A stretch of DNA of 63,445 bases, counting the filler, from Octopus bimaculoides (Eukaryota): assembly GCF_001194135.2 (NCBI RefSeq). It is 7 parts of 7 records of this genome, joined end to end, with 100 filler letters (N's around TTAATTAATTAA, not from the genome) between each part and the next. Parts side by side here need not be neighbours in the genome. Positions count along the whole stretch, not along the records: positions 1 to 23,356 come from NC_068989.1; positions 23,457 to 54,014 come from NC_068998.1; 5 more parts are not named here. One strand, given 5' to 3'. Positions 13,186 through 24,561 of the stretch are shown here, one piece after another (position 1 is the stretch's first letter; each line of letters begins with the position of its first letter). A model generated the notes under the pieces. The model did no database searches, had not been told where the DNA came from, and was given only the letters and a program-made list of their open reading frames with translations. A program made the translations under genes and the position numbers.

Positions 13186-14747
13186 NNNNNNNNNNNNNNN
13201 NNNNNNNNNNNNNNNNNNNNNNNNNNNNNNNNNNNNNNNNNNNNNNNNNNNNNNNNNNNNNNNNNNNNNNNNNNNNNNNNNNNNNNNTATATATATATAT
13301 ATTCAGGGCAAGCGAGTAAGTACATTGGCTTAGCTACATGCTTCAAGAAGACGCCAAATGTCTCTAACCTACCTGAAAGTTATCACAAAAAGTACGCACT
13401 GAATTCGGGCAGATAAAGGACAAATATTTATGAAAAGGTTTAATTACATATCAATTGATTTCATCATCAGTTTAATACAACCCAGTTTTTATGTGCACTG
13501 GGTTGTATTACACTGATGATGGGAAAAAAAAGGAGTTTCGCTTTAATCCTGAAGTCAATTGATGTGTAATTAAAACATTTTGATGAATCTTTTTCCTTTA
13601 TTTGCCCGAATTCGGCATGTATTTATTGGGATAAGTTTAAGGTAGCTTACAGACATTTGGCATTTTCTATACGAATGTGGCAAAGCCAGTGTACTTACTC
13701 GCTTGACCTGAATAATAATTTATAAATCTATTAATTTTACCTTAGCCGGTTTATTACATGCTAACTACCTGATAAAATCATATATAAATTTTAACCTGAA
13801 TGTATATATATATATGTATGCATAGACAGACAGACAGAGAGAATGTCATTAAGTAACAAGGATGTACAGGTGTCAATACAATATGGCCGTTTCAAGCAGC
13901 CCCATTTAATTCATCACTGAAAACATTACATCAATTTGAAGAAAACCACTCTCTTGAGACGCAGATGACCATATAAATTTCAAACTGAAAGGATAAACCA
14001 TTTTTAACAAATTTACATCAATAAAACAAACCAAAATAATTGCATTATTTCCTTGTTATATATGTGGCAGAATGAGTTTAGAAAATAATGCATATCTTAT
14101 TAAGCCTACTATAATTTAGAGACTAGCAGAGGAAAATAGTAGGCGTCAAGATAAAGGATTGGTGCCGTAGTTATTTATATTTAGATGATTTTATGCAGCA
14201 TTTAGTGTTCAACCATTTAGAATTATATCCATTGGGAGTTGTAAACTGTATTGTAGTTGATGGTGATAAATCAATTAATATCAAACGATCTCCCAGACCC
14301 TCATTGTACTGGAACCACATATCTAGCTTTATCTACTTAAGAGGATATGTTGCAAAGCTGCTAGTAAGTGAATGACTGATGGGGAAGAGGTGGTAACTAG
14401 AAGGTAGAATAGGGGTCGCCTATACTTACTTAGATTATCAAATAAAGACGAATATAATGAAAAACAAAAGAGATAAATAATATACGCCTTAAGGGCGGAA
14501 ATTAGAATTGAGGGATACGGGAGGTAGTAATTCATAACATAGCAAATTTATCATATTAAACTGAGAAAATTTCAAATCAACACATAGAAAATGGATAGAA
14601 ATTAAACTTAAAATCTAATAATGGGATTCTTTAATATATATGAAAAACACTATTATTAAGACATTTCCTAAGGACACTTAAAACCATTCTACAATGAACG
14701 TGTAACTGAAATAAATTCTCATCTGAATAGTAGTACATACTCTCTCT

Positions 14748-14938
14748 CTTTTACTTGTTTCAGTCATTTGACCGCAGCCATGCTGGAGCACCGCCTTTAG
14801 TCTAGCAAATCGACCCCAGGATTTATTCTTTGTAAGCCTAGTACTTATTCCATCGGTCACTTTTGCCGAACCGCTAGGTTACGGGGACGTAAACACAGCA
14901 GCATCGGTTGTCAAGCGATGTTGGGGGGACAAACACAC

Positions 14939-15011
<73 letters not shown>

Positions 15012-15063
15012 TACGACGGACTTCTTTCAGTTTCCGTCTACCAAATCCACTCACAAGGCTTTT
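14748..15063 (-). mobile_element. SINE family A with internal (CA)n(TA)n microsatellite
   Basis: High similarity to the reverse complement of 1-309. Confidence 0.85.
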
Positions 15064-15102
15064 CCCACTCTGTTTTGCATTTTTTGCTCACTTGTGTCTA
15101 TA

Positions 15103-15149
<47 letters not shown>

Positions 15150-15154
<5 letters not shown>

Positions 15155-15235
15155 TAGTCTTATTTTTTTCACGTGCACTACCGAGTACAGCTCTGTGTGC
15201 CTTGAGTATGTGTTGTGGTTTCTTAGTTGTCGATG
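15150..15235 (-). mobile_element. 3' UTR fragment of an R4/Dong-like retrotransposon with a (TAA)n tail
   Basis: CAGTAGTCTTATT..CTACCGAGTACAGCTCTGTGTGCCTTGAGTATGTG is the reverse complement of about 19175-19254. It abuts (ATT)n at about 15105-15150. Confidence 0.65.
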
Positions 15236-18200
15236 TATACTCTTTACTCTTTTACTCTTTTACTTGTTTCAGTCATTTGACTNNNNNNNNNNNNNNNNNN
15301 NNNNNNNNNNNNNNNNNNNNNNNNNNNNNNNNNNNNNNNNNNNNNNNNNNNNNNNNNNNNNNNNNNNNNNNNNNNNNNNNNNNNNNNNNNNNNNNNNNNN
15401 NNNNNNNNNNNNNNNNNNNNNNNNNNNNNNNNNNNNNNNNNNNNNNNNNNNNNNNNNNNNNNNNNNNNNNNNNNNNNNNNNNNNNNNNNNNNNNNNNNNN
15501 NNNNNNNNNNNNNNNNNNNNNNNNNNNNNNNNNNNNNNNNNNNNNNNNNNNNNNNNNNNNNNNNNNNNNNNNNNNNNNNNNNNNNNNNNNNNNNNNNNNN
15601 NNNNNNNNNNNNNNNNNNNNNNNNNNNNNNNNNNNNNNNNNNNNNNNNNNNNNNNNNNNNNNNNNNNNNNNNNNNNNNNNNNNNNNNNNNNNNNNNNNNN
15701 NNNNNNNNNNNNNNNNNNNNNNNNNNNNNNNNNNNNNNNNNNNNNNNNNNNNNNNNNNNNNNNNNNNNNNNNNNNNNNNNNNNNNNNNNNNNNNNNNNNN
15801 NNNNNNNNNNNNNNNNNNNNNNNNNNNNNNNNNNNNNNNNNNNNNNNNNNNNNNNNNNNNNNNNNNNNNNNNNNNNNNNNNNNNNNNNNNNNNNNNNNNN
15901 NNNNNNNNNNNNNNNNNNNNNNNNNNNNNNNNNNNNNNNNNNNNNNNNNNNNNNNNNNNNNNNNNNNNNNNNNNNNNNNNNNNNNNNNNNNNNNNNNNNN
16001 NNNNNNNNNNNNNNNNNNNNNNNNNNNNNNNNNNNNNNNNNNNNNNNNNNNNNNNNNNNNNNNNNNNNNNNNNNNNNNNNNNNGCATGTATGTATGTATG
16101 TATGTATGTATGCTTCGCATGATATTTGTAATATTAATAACAATGATTCATTTCCGAAGTAATAAGAATATGAATCTTGGATGATTGATAGTTCTGTTTA
16201 ATGATATATTGTTTAAAGAAGCGGTTGTCCCTCTCAGACGATAACATTCCTTTTAATCTATAGTTACGTAAAGATTTGAAGATTTTACGCGTCATATATT
16301 AAATAAAGAAATAGTTGTTCTCATGACGCAGGTTTATAGTTGAAAAAAAAAGCGCATTTAAGTGAAAAGAATCGAATAGAAAGTTATGTAATTGAATAAC
16401 AGCTGAATAGAAAAAATAATAAACAAAGATAAATAGTAAAATATAAACATATCAAAAATATAGAGGAAAAACGAATAACAATGAAAATATATATATAAAA
16501 ACAATAAAAAGTGAATTAAAAACGTTGGAAGAAGAAAGCGAAATACTGCCAGTGGTCACAAATGAAAATACAAAAACAAGCATTAAAGATTTAATTAACT
16601 GATATTATTCCAAGTCAGACGTTTGCCAATTCTCATTTCTCAAACGTTGCTAATAATTGCAATGTTATGTCTTCATTATTTAAGTTAAATTTAATTTCGG
16701 GTCTTTTATTTTCCAGTTTATAACCGATAATGTATAATTTACTTTACCAGACCTGCAAATAAATTAGTTTGTATTAAGTAGACGCAATTCTCTATTTTAA
16801 AAGAAAAAGGGTATTTTGAAGTTATGATAATCAAAGTTTTTATCGCGAAGTTACTACTGGTAAGGATGATGCAAATTGTCACCGAACCAACACTTGAAAC
16901 CACCATAAAAGCTAGCCTTAACAGGAACGTCTGTCATCTACTATGGCATTTTTACAAGATTTTAAATTACTTAAGTTCACTTTAACTAGATACAAACTTC
17001 AAGCGAATTTAAGGAAGAAAAGTATAACGTTGGACGTCTGTACTTTTTCTGAAAGCTGTAGCAATATAAAGGAACTGATTCAATTGAAAATTGTGATAAT
17101 CGTGATGTGAATTCGTTTCAACTGGAAGCTGAACCACTTCGCGCTAACAGACGAAGGAAATGATCTAAAGGTCTAAAATTCTGGTGCGATTCTTGGTATA
17201 ATCAAGTGAATACATTGATTTCTTACGTTGGCACAATGTTACACACATTTGTTACTTTTGAAGTTTACCGTCACAATCACCTTAATCAGACCCAAGTATT
17301 CCACAACGACTAGTTTTATCGATTTCATATGCATGGAAGATTAAAGTCGACAGCGGAAATATATGAAAACATTACGTAATGTCATGAAACTAAAACACGA
17401 TAGGGTAGTTTGTCTGACTAACCAAACTCAAGCTTGTACATACATTAATTTTTGCTTTCTTAAGTACTGGACCAATCCTGTGTGGTTATAATCGAGTGAA
17501 GTTAACTCAATTAATAATGCGTACCTATTTTTTTGATCGAAGGGAAAAAATAGAAGCAAAATGGACGTTAGATGTGTTTCAATAGAGAATTTCAATTCGT
17601 CTGTCACTTTTAACAATCGAAATATGTAAAACAATGGCGCTATTTTAAGCAACGAGCAACGAGAAGAAAAGGTAAAAAAAAAAAAACGCAGGAATATGCA
17701 AAAATAAACAAACAGTACTAACTTCTTGAATTCTCTTATAAATATATTTAGCAATAACATCTGATTCTCCATTCAATTTCTCTGTTGTCCTAAATAAATA
17801 ATTCTAAGAAAAGTTACTATATTTTCTAACGCTAACCAAAGCAAACTCTAAGTATATAGAGTGTGCGTGTGTGCGTGTGAGTTTGTGCGGTCTCTCGTGC
17901 GTGTAGGTGTTTGTGTATATATGTATGAATGTTTCTATGTGTATATATATATATATATNNNNNNNNNNNNNNNNNNNNNNNNNNNNNNNNNNNNNNNNNN
18001 NNNNNNNNNNNNNNNNNNNNNNNNNNNNNNNNNNNNNNNNNNNNNNNNNNNNNNNNNNNNNNNNNNNNNNNNNNNNNNNNNNNNNNNNNNNNNNNNNNNN
18101 NNNNNNNNNNNNNNNNNNNNNNNNNNNNNNNNNNNNNNNNNNNNNNNNNNNNNNNNNNNNNNNNNNNNNNNNNNNNNNNNNNNNNNNNNNNNNNNNNNNN

Positions 18201-18663
18201 NNNNNNNNNNNNNTATATATATAATTCAAGGAGAGTTAGAGGTTGTGAATCCAGCCAACTAAGGGATAGTATCTATCCAATATACCGCTGGTAGAATACC
18301 TAATTAATATACAAGTGTCGGTTATTGCGTGGCAATTATGCTACTGAGTATAATAATTAGTCGAGGGTAATAAGTAGTTTTACTCTTAATTTATATGGCA
18401 AAAAGAAAATGGAGGAAATCCAGAGGTAGTATTCATCGGCTGTTAGACATTATATTATGTCTATTTATTTTAAATAGTTCATATAATATATAAATACATA
18501 TGTAAAGTACTAGTAATTTTTAGAATAGAGAAAGAAGAGCAGTTTCTTACAGCTGTTTCTGCCAAGTGGTCGCATTACCCCACATGCTATTTCCATCTTT
18601 TAAACATAATACAATGTCTAACAGCTGATGAATACTACCTTCGGATTCCCTCTATTTTCTTCT

Positions 18664-18716
<53 letters not shown>

Positions 18717-18892
18717 NNNNNNNNNNGGAAAAATGGTGTCGCTCAAAAAGAACTTCAGTTTGAACAATGTTCATGATGTTTCATATCTAGATGCTTTTTT
18801 TATTAAATTCATTCACATTCAGTTGTTAAACATAAATAAATCTTGAAATTAAATGATTTGATTTACTGTCAGGTGGCTTTTGGACAACCCTC

Positions 18893-18938
<46 letters not shown>

Positions 18939-19068
18939 TATTCTTTTATTGTTTTGCTTGTTTCAGTCATGTGACTGCAGTCATGCTGGAGCAACGCATT
19001 GAAGGGTTTCAAGTGTAACTGCCCGAAACGGTCGTGACGTCTGGTACTTGACTGAGGAAAGAAGGCCA

Positions 19069-19249
19069 CCAGGATTTACAAATATATATAATATACAGAA
19101 AATTGCACTACTGGGCACTGCACACATCCTACGCAAAACACTTTCAATACAGTAACCATAAGAGCATCACAGCAAACCACAGCACATACCCAAGGCACAC
19201 AGAGCTGCGATCGGTAGTAAAGTGAAAGCATGTCATAAAAATAAAACTA

Positions 19250-19254
<5 letters not shown>
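19069..19254 (+). mobile_element. 3' end of an RLE-type (R4/Dong-like) non-LTR retrotransposon
   Basis: The frame PGFTNIYNIQKIALLGTAHILRKTLSIQ* (stop at 19153-19155) fits the QK.ALLGTA.ILR C-terminus of RLE-clade ORFs. A ~100-bp UTR and (TAA)n follow. Confidence 0.75.
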
Positions 19255-19310
<56 letters not shown>

Positions 19311-20759
19311 TTAATATTAATAACAAAAACAATATTACATAACTGTTTGTCTTTTACCTGTGTCAGTCATTAGATTGCAGCCACATACATACATGTATAC
19401 ATACATACATACGTACATACATGCATACATACAAACATACATTTGTCGGATTTGTGCACTGTATCAGTGTATTGTACGTCCCTGTCAGCATCTCTCCTCA
19501 GAGCTGTACACTGCTTTGAACATGAGAGCTCGTAATTGTGGTTCCAAATTCTATATGACACACCTATACTTGCGCCGAAAAAATAATTTCAATTGCAGGA
19601 AACATTTTAATTATGAAATTTAATTAGTAATGTATAAATAATTTAATCTTCAGTGAAATAGAATTTGCTCAGTTGAGTTTCCTTTGATTTCGAGCATGTA
19701 AAAATAGAAAAATAAAAGAAAATCATACATTAATTATTGTTGGCTTGAAATTTTTCTTTGAACTATCCTTCATGCTGCAAGTATAACATTATTTTGCGAC
19801 TAACATCCCGCATATATGAGTTCGCGTTTATTTATGAAAAAATTACCTCAACATGTAGTAATAACACTAGCGAAATTAGTTAAAATAATACCTCATGGTT
19901 TATATATGTACACACACCCCCCCGAATATACAAGAAACTTTACTATAAATAATAACGTATATAACTAGTAAATTTAGTGTCCTGTTACACGAGTTGTTTT
20001 CCGTAATATATATATATACATATATATATATCAACTCTTCGAAACGCCGCTGTTAAAACGGGGGTAGCTGATGAAGGAAAATGTTCTCTATGTGGCTTGT
20101 GTGTTTTCTGTACTCTGGTTATCATTATTTTCTTGTCTACGTTTTGTTTGCAATGTCCTGTACCCAGATATGCACCTATATATACAGGTAGACGTAGGTA
20201 TGCACATACCTGTACGTATATATGCATATACTCATTTATTATTTGTTATATATATATATATGTGTGTGTGTGTATATATATGTATATANNNNNNNNNNNN
20301 NNNNNNNNNNNNNNNNNNNNNNNNNNNNNNNNNNNNNNNNNNNNNNNNNNNNNNNNNNNNNNNNNNNNNNNNNNNNNNNNNNNNNNNNNNNNNNNNNNNN
20401 NNNNNNNNNNNNNNNNNNNNNNNNNNNNNNNNNNNNNNNNNNNNNNNNNNNNNNNNNNNNNNNNNNNNNNNNNNNNNNNNNNNNNNNNNNNNNNNNNNNN
20501 NNNNNNNNNNNNNNNNNNNNNNNNNNNNNNNNNNNNNNNNNNNNNNNNNNNNNNNNNNNNNNNNNNNNNNNNNNNNNNNNNNNNNNNNNNNNNNNNNNNN
20601 NNNNNNNNNNNNNNNNNNNNNNNNNNNNNNNNNNNNNNNNNNNNNNNNNNNNNNNNNNNNNNNNNNNNNNNNNNNNNNNNNNNNNNNNNNNNNNNNNNNN
20701 NNNNNNNNNNNNNNNNNNNNNNNNNNNNNNNNNNNNNNNNNNNNNNNNNNNNNNNNNNN

Positions 20760-20975
20760 TTTCACCACAACATTCTCTTCCTGTTTCTGTTGCACCTGTA
20801 TTTCAAAGGGCCAGTGGTGTCACACACTATGTCACGCTGAATCTCCCCGAGAACTACGTTACGGGTACACGTGTCTGTGGAGTGCTCTGCCACTTGCTCG
20901 CTAATTCCACGAGCAAGCTTTCCGTTGATCGGATCAACTGGAACCCTCGACGTCGTCGTAACCGACGTAGTGTCA
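20760..20975 (+). mobile_element. SINE family C, 3' half
   Basis: Homologous to the reverse complement of 55293-55520 (GAGAACTACGTTA.GGGTACACGTGTCTGTGGAGTGCTC..CCGTTGATCGGATCAACTGGAACCCTCGACGTCG). Confidence 0.85.
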
Positions 20976-20989
20976 CTATATATATATGT

Positions 20990-21190
20990 TTTCTTTTACT
21001 CTTTTATTTACTTCAGTCACTTGACTGTGGCCATACTTGAGCACCGCTTTTAGTCGAACCAATCGACTCCAAGTACTTATTCTATCGGTCTGCTTTGCCG
21101 AACTGCTAAGTTACGGGGACGTATAAACACACCAACATCGATTGATAAATGATGGTGGCGGAGGGACAAACACAGATACACAAATACATA
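20990..21190 (-). mobile_element. SINE family A, 3' half
   Basis: Contains TTCAGTCACTTGACTGTGGCCATACTTGAGCACCGC..GCCGAACTGCTAAGTTACGGGGACGT. Confidence 0.8.
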
Positions 21191-21195
21191 CTTGC

Positions 21196-21226
<31 letters not shown>

Positions 21227-21406
21227 GGGGGGGTGTATGTATATGTATATANNNNNNNNNNNNNNNNNNNNNNNNNNNNNNNNNNNNNNNNNNNNNNNNN
21301 NNNNNNNNNNNNNNNNNNNNNNNNNNNNNNNNNNNNNNNNNNNNNNNNNNNNNNNNNNNNNNNNNNNNNNNNNNNNNNNNNNNNTATATATATATGTGTG
21401 TGTGTG

Positions 21407-21445
<39 letters not shown>

Positions 21446-23184
21446 ACAGATGTGACGAGCTTTAAGAAAAAAAAATGATTCAGAAAAACCATCCCGGATC
21501 CTGTATATATAAAGTTATGCCTCCTATGAGTTATGTCCCTGACGTAGTCTATACGGTGTCTTTTCCCTAGGATGGACAGAGCTGGAATGAAACTATGATT
21601 AGAAAATGTATGGGCAAGACGTTCTGGTGGGTGCTAAAGGAAATCTCGGGTTCGCTATCAGATTACAGGAGATAAAACTGAGACCTTGAAGAGAAGATGA
21701 GGAAATTGAAATCTCAGTCATACGAGATAGATTGACTAGCCAATTGCAGCTTTTAGATGTGTTTGGGAAGAAACCATTTAAACGAAACATACAAAGACAT
21801 TGGAACAAAAGAATGGGCGATCCATATCATGGGGCCTTCCACCCACAGGAAGAATGAAGTGGCCCATCATTACACATGTACGAGAATAGCTGGAAAAGTC
21901 CTGGGGTTAAGTAAGAACTGAAATAATTGTTGAGGCATTTTAAAAGGTAGGTGTGGCATTATCAATACCTTTTGATGGCATGAGTTATCTGAAGACAATA
22001 ATTTCAGTAGTGAAATCAGCAATTATGATGAAGATTTTATACGATTTGATGATACAATTTTTTCTGGCTTTGAAGATAGTTAATGTTTTTCTTTTTACTG
22101 TGATTGGGATTATGTTCAGCTCTAATGGAAACCTGCTGCTAAGAAACCGTAATTTGATTTGTTTTTTCTTGCATGTTTTATTACTGTTATCATGTTGGAT
22201 ATCTGCCTTGCCGTAATTTCTTATTTGATGTTCAGCTGTACTGCAAACTTATATTTAAGATTTAGCAATGTTATCTGCTATAGTTTGAGTACACTTTTGT
22301 AATGTTCTCTAATATACTGCTTGGTTACTTTAAATATCACGTGCTTTGGTGCACAAAAAACTTTTTTTTTTCTTAGTATGTCCCTGTGTATCTTTCACGC
22401 CATCAAATAGTTTCTATTTATGTACGTATATACGTATATATCTATCTATCAATGAATGTATGTAAATGTATGTATACACAAACACATGTACATACATACA
22501 TACATACATACATACATACACTCATGCACATATATAAACATAACAGACACATAGAGTCACATACTTCTATCTGTTTGGTTTACGATTTTTATACAAAGTT
22601 TCTTAGTCTTTGAAAAATGTAATAAAGTTAACTGTGAGTTAAATAATATGCGTTGCTTAACTAAGTCTCAAAATCAAGACTTTGTATCGCAGGTGTGCGG
22701 TTAAGATCGGTATAATGATGGCATTTGTTTTAATGACATCGCAACTCGAAATCTGAATAGACGGTTGTAAATAGATTTAACGTATTCATTCCTACGCACT
22801 ATTATGTCTGATAACTTGTCTCGTTATATGCGTTAAGTACCGTGGCTGATATTAAGAAAGGAACGAAGAGATCTCTGGGTAGTTTAGTAAACAGATGAAT
22901 TGTCAGTTTAACACATATTAATTATACATAGATTTTGTTTGGCATTTAACCTGTACAAACTTAGCATAAACTTAGCAGTAAGGAAAGAGTATAATTACAT
23001 ATAAATTTTAAATTTTGTTTCACATTAATAATTTCGTTAGCAATGATGCCACAGATTTCAGTTTTACAACGCGATAATTATTGTTTCACAGACGATAAGG
23101 AAGGGAAATTTGTGCAACGCGCTAAGTACAGATGCATCATAAAGCGCTGACTTATGAGAAGTCTCGGTGTGGTTTAAATCTATT

Positions 23185-23290
23185 GGCTATTTATCTTTGC
23201 CGAACCGCTAAGTTACGGGAACGTAAACACACTAACACCGGCTGCCAAGCGATAATGGGGACAAGCACAGACACAAAGACAAACACACAT
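23185..23290 (-). mobile_element. SINE family A fragment
   Basis: Contains TTTGCCGAACCGCTAAGTTACGGGAACGTAAACACAC. Confidence 0.75.
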
Positions 23291-23313
23291 AGATATATAC
23301 ATTCACACACACA

Positions 23314-23356
<43 letters not shown>

Positions 23357-23400
23357 NNNNNNNNNNNNNNNNNNNNNNNNNNNNNNNNNNNNNNNNNNNN

Positions 23401-23412
23401 TTAATTAATTAA
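23401..23412. other. Artificial TTAATTAATTAA linker inside N gaps (also near 54059, 57211, 58582, 60869, 62080)
   Basis: The identical 12-mer, which has stops in all six frames, is always flanked by N runs. Confidence 0.9.
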
Positions 23413-23949
23413 NNNNNNNNNNNNNNNNNNNNNNNNNNNNNNNNNNNNNNNNNNNNATATATATATATATATATACCCACACACATACAGGCATATATAT
23501 GCGTATGCTTATATGTATGTATGTACGTGTGTGCGTATGTATGTATGTATGTATGTTTATATGTATGTATATATGTATGTATGCAAGCAACAACGTTTTT
23601 CGAAAGTGTTCGTTGGATGGCAAATGTTTGAGTGAGAGAATGATTAATACGTCCCGTTCAATGAAATGTCAAATTAAAAGTGTTCCCCCCATCTTGATGA
23701 TGTTATTCATAAATCATTTATCGATAAAAATGTCGATATTATTTGTGAAAGTCTCTTATGTAATATCAATGGAATATTTCGTTGAAAAAAACACATTATT
23801 TTCCCTTCCATTATATAACCAAACTGATTAGTGACTTTTAATGCAGATCCATGAATTTTAATTTCATAAGGTAAAGACTTATATTTCTGCTTTCTTGCAC
23901 GATTTTTTTTCCTTTTCTGTTATTTTTTTTTTTTCAAATATAGGATCTT

Positions 23950-24132
23950 TACAGTTCTATATCTAAGAGATGAGGAATTATGTTCATTATTTACATTATT
24001 TACATTTGACGGATATTTGTCCTCATTTTGTTTGTTGTTAGCACAACGTTTCGGCTGATATACCTTCCAGCCTTCATCAGGTGTCTTGGGGAAATCTCGA
24101 ACCTGGGTTCTTATTCCTAAAGTACTTTTCGA

Positions 24133-24210
<78 letters not shown>

Positions 24211-24290
24211 CATTCAGGTTACTGCCTAGAATCGAACTCGGAATCTTGGGTTTAGTAGTCCGCGCTCTTAACCTCTACACCCACAGACAT
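23950..24290 (-). mobile_element. Composite element: tRNA-like head, (TAA)n, then a hammerhead-bearing segment
   Basis: On the minus strand: an A-box-like GTGTAGAGGTTAAG, a B-box GAGTTCGATTC (about 24229-24239), (TAA)n at 24135-24212, then about 185 bp containing the hammerhead motif. Confidence 0.6.
24039..24085 (-). ncRNA. Minimal type I hammerhead ribozyme motif (Penelope-associated type)
   Basis: The minus strand reads GACAC-CTGATGA-A-GGCTG-GAAGGTATAT-CAGCC-GAAAC-GTT-GTGCT. It has an intact CUGAUGA and GAAA core, a perfect 5-bp stem II, a palindromic ACGU mini-stem III, a GUU cleavage triplet, and stem I CAC/GTG. Confidence 0.7.
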
Positions 24291-24312
24291 ATGGCGTAGC
24301 GGTTAAGAGCGC

Positions 24313-24498
24313 CTTTTTCACCGACCACAACTGCTTAACCTCCCAAGCTAACCTATCATATCTATCGACTTTTCTTTCTTCCTTATCGCATACCTCGCTG
24401 TCAGGTGGGCTTGCTATATCTGCGATACAGCATAGTTTTCTTTCTTTCTCAATTAAGATTATGTCTGGCTTCTTATTCTCTATCTCATGGTCGCACTG
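24313..24498 (-). mobile_element. Restriction-like endonuclease fragment of an R4/Dong-like retrotransposon
   Basis: QCDHEIENKKPDIILIEKERKLCCIADIASPPDSEVCDKEERKVDRYDRLAWEVKQLWSVKK fits the PD..D RLE motif (TD....H.RPDI.......C.IID.A.P.D.....KE.EK..KY..L..E...LW). It is preceded by (TAA)n in sense orientation. Confidence 0.85.
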
Positions 24499-24499
24499 A

Positions 24500-24561
<62 letters not shown>

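Noticed and set aside
14150-14320. Possible GIY-YIG C-terminal remnant on the minus strand (..TPNGYN)
   Set aside because: Only a short motif that needs frameshifts, so it is too weak to call.
18997-19040. TTGAAGGG...CCCGAAACGGTC resembling a hammerhead
   Set aside because: The 5' half comes from a family A SINE, there is no CUGANGA core, and no stem I.
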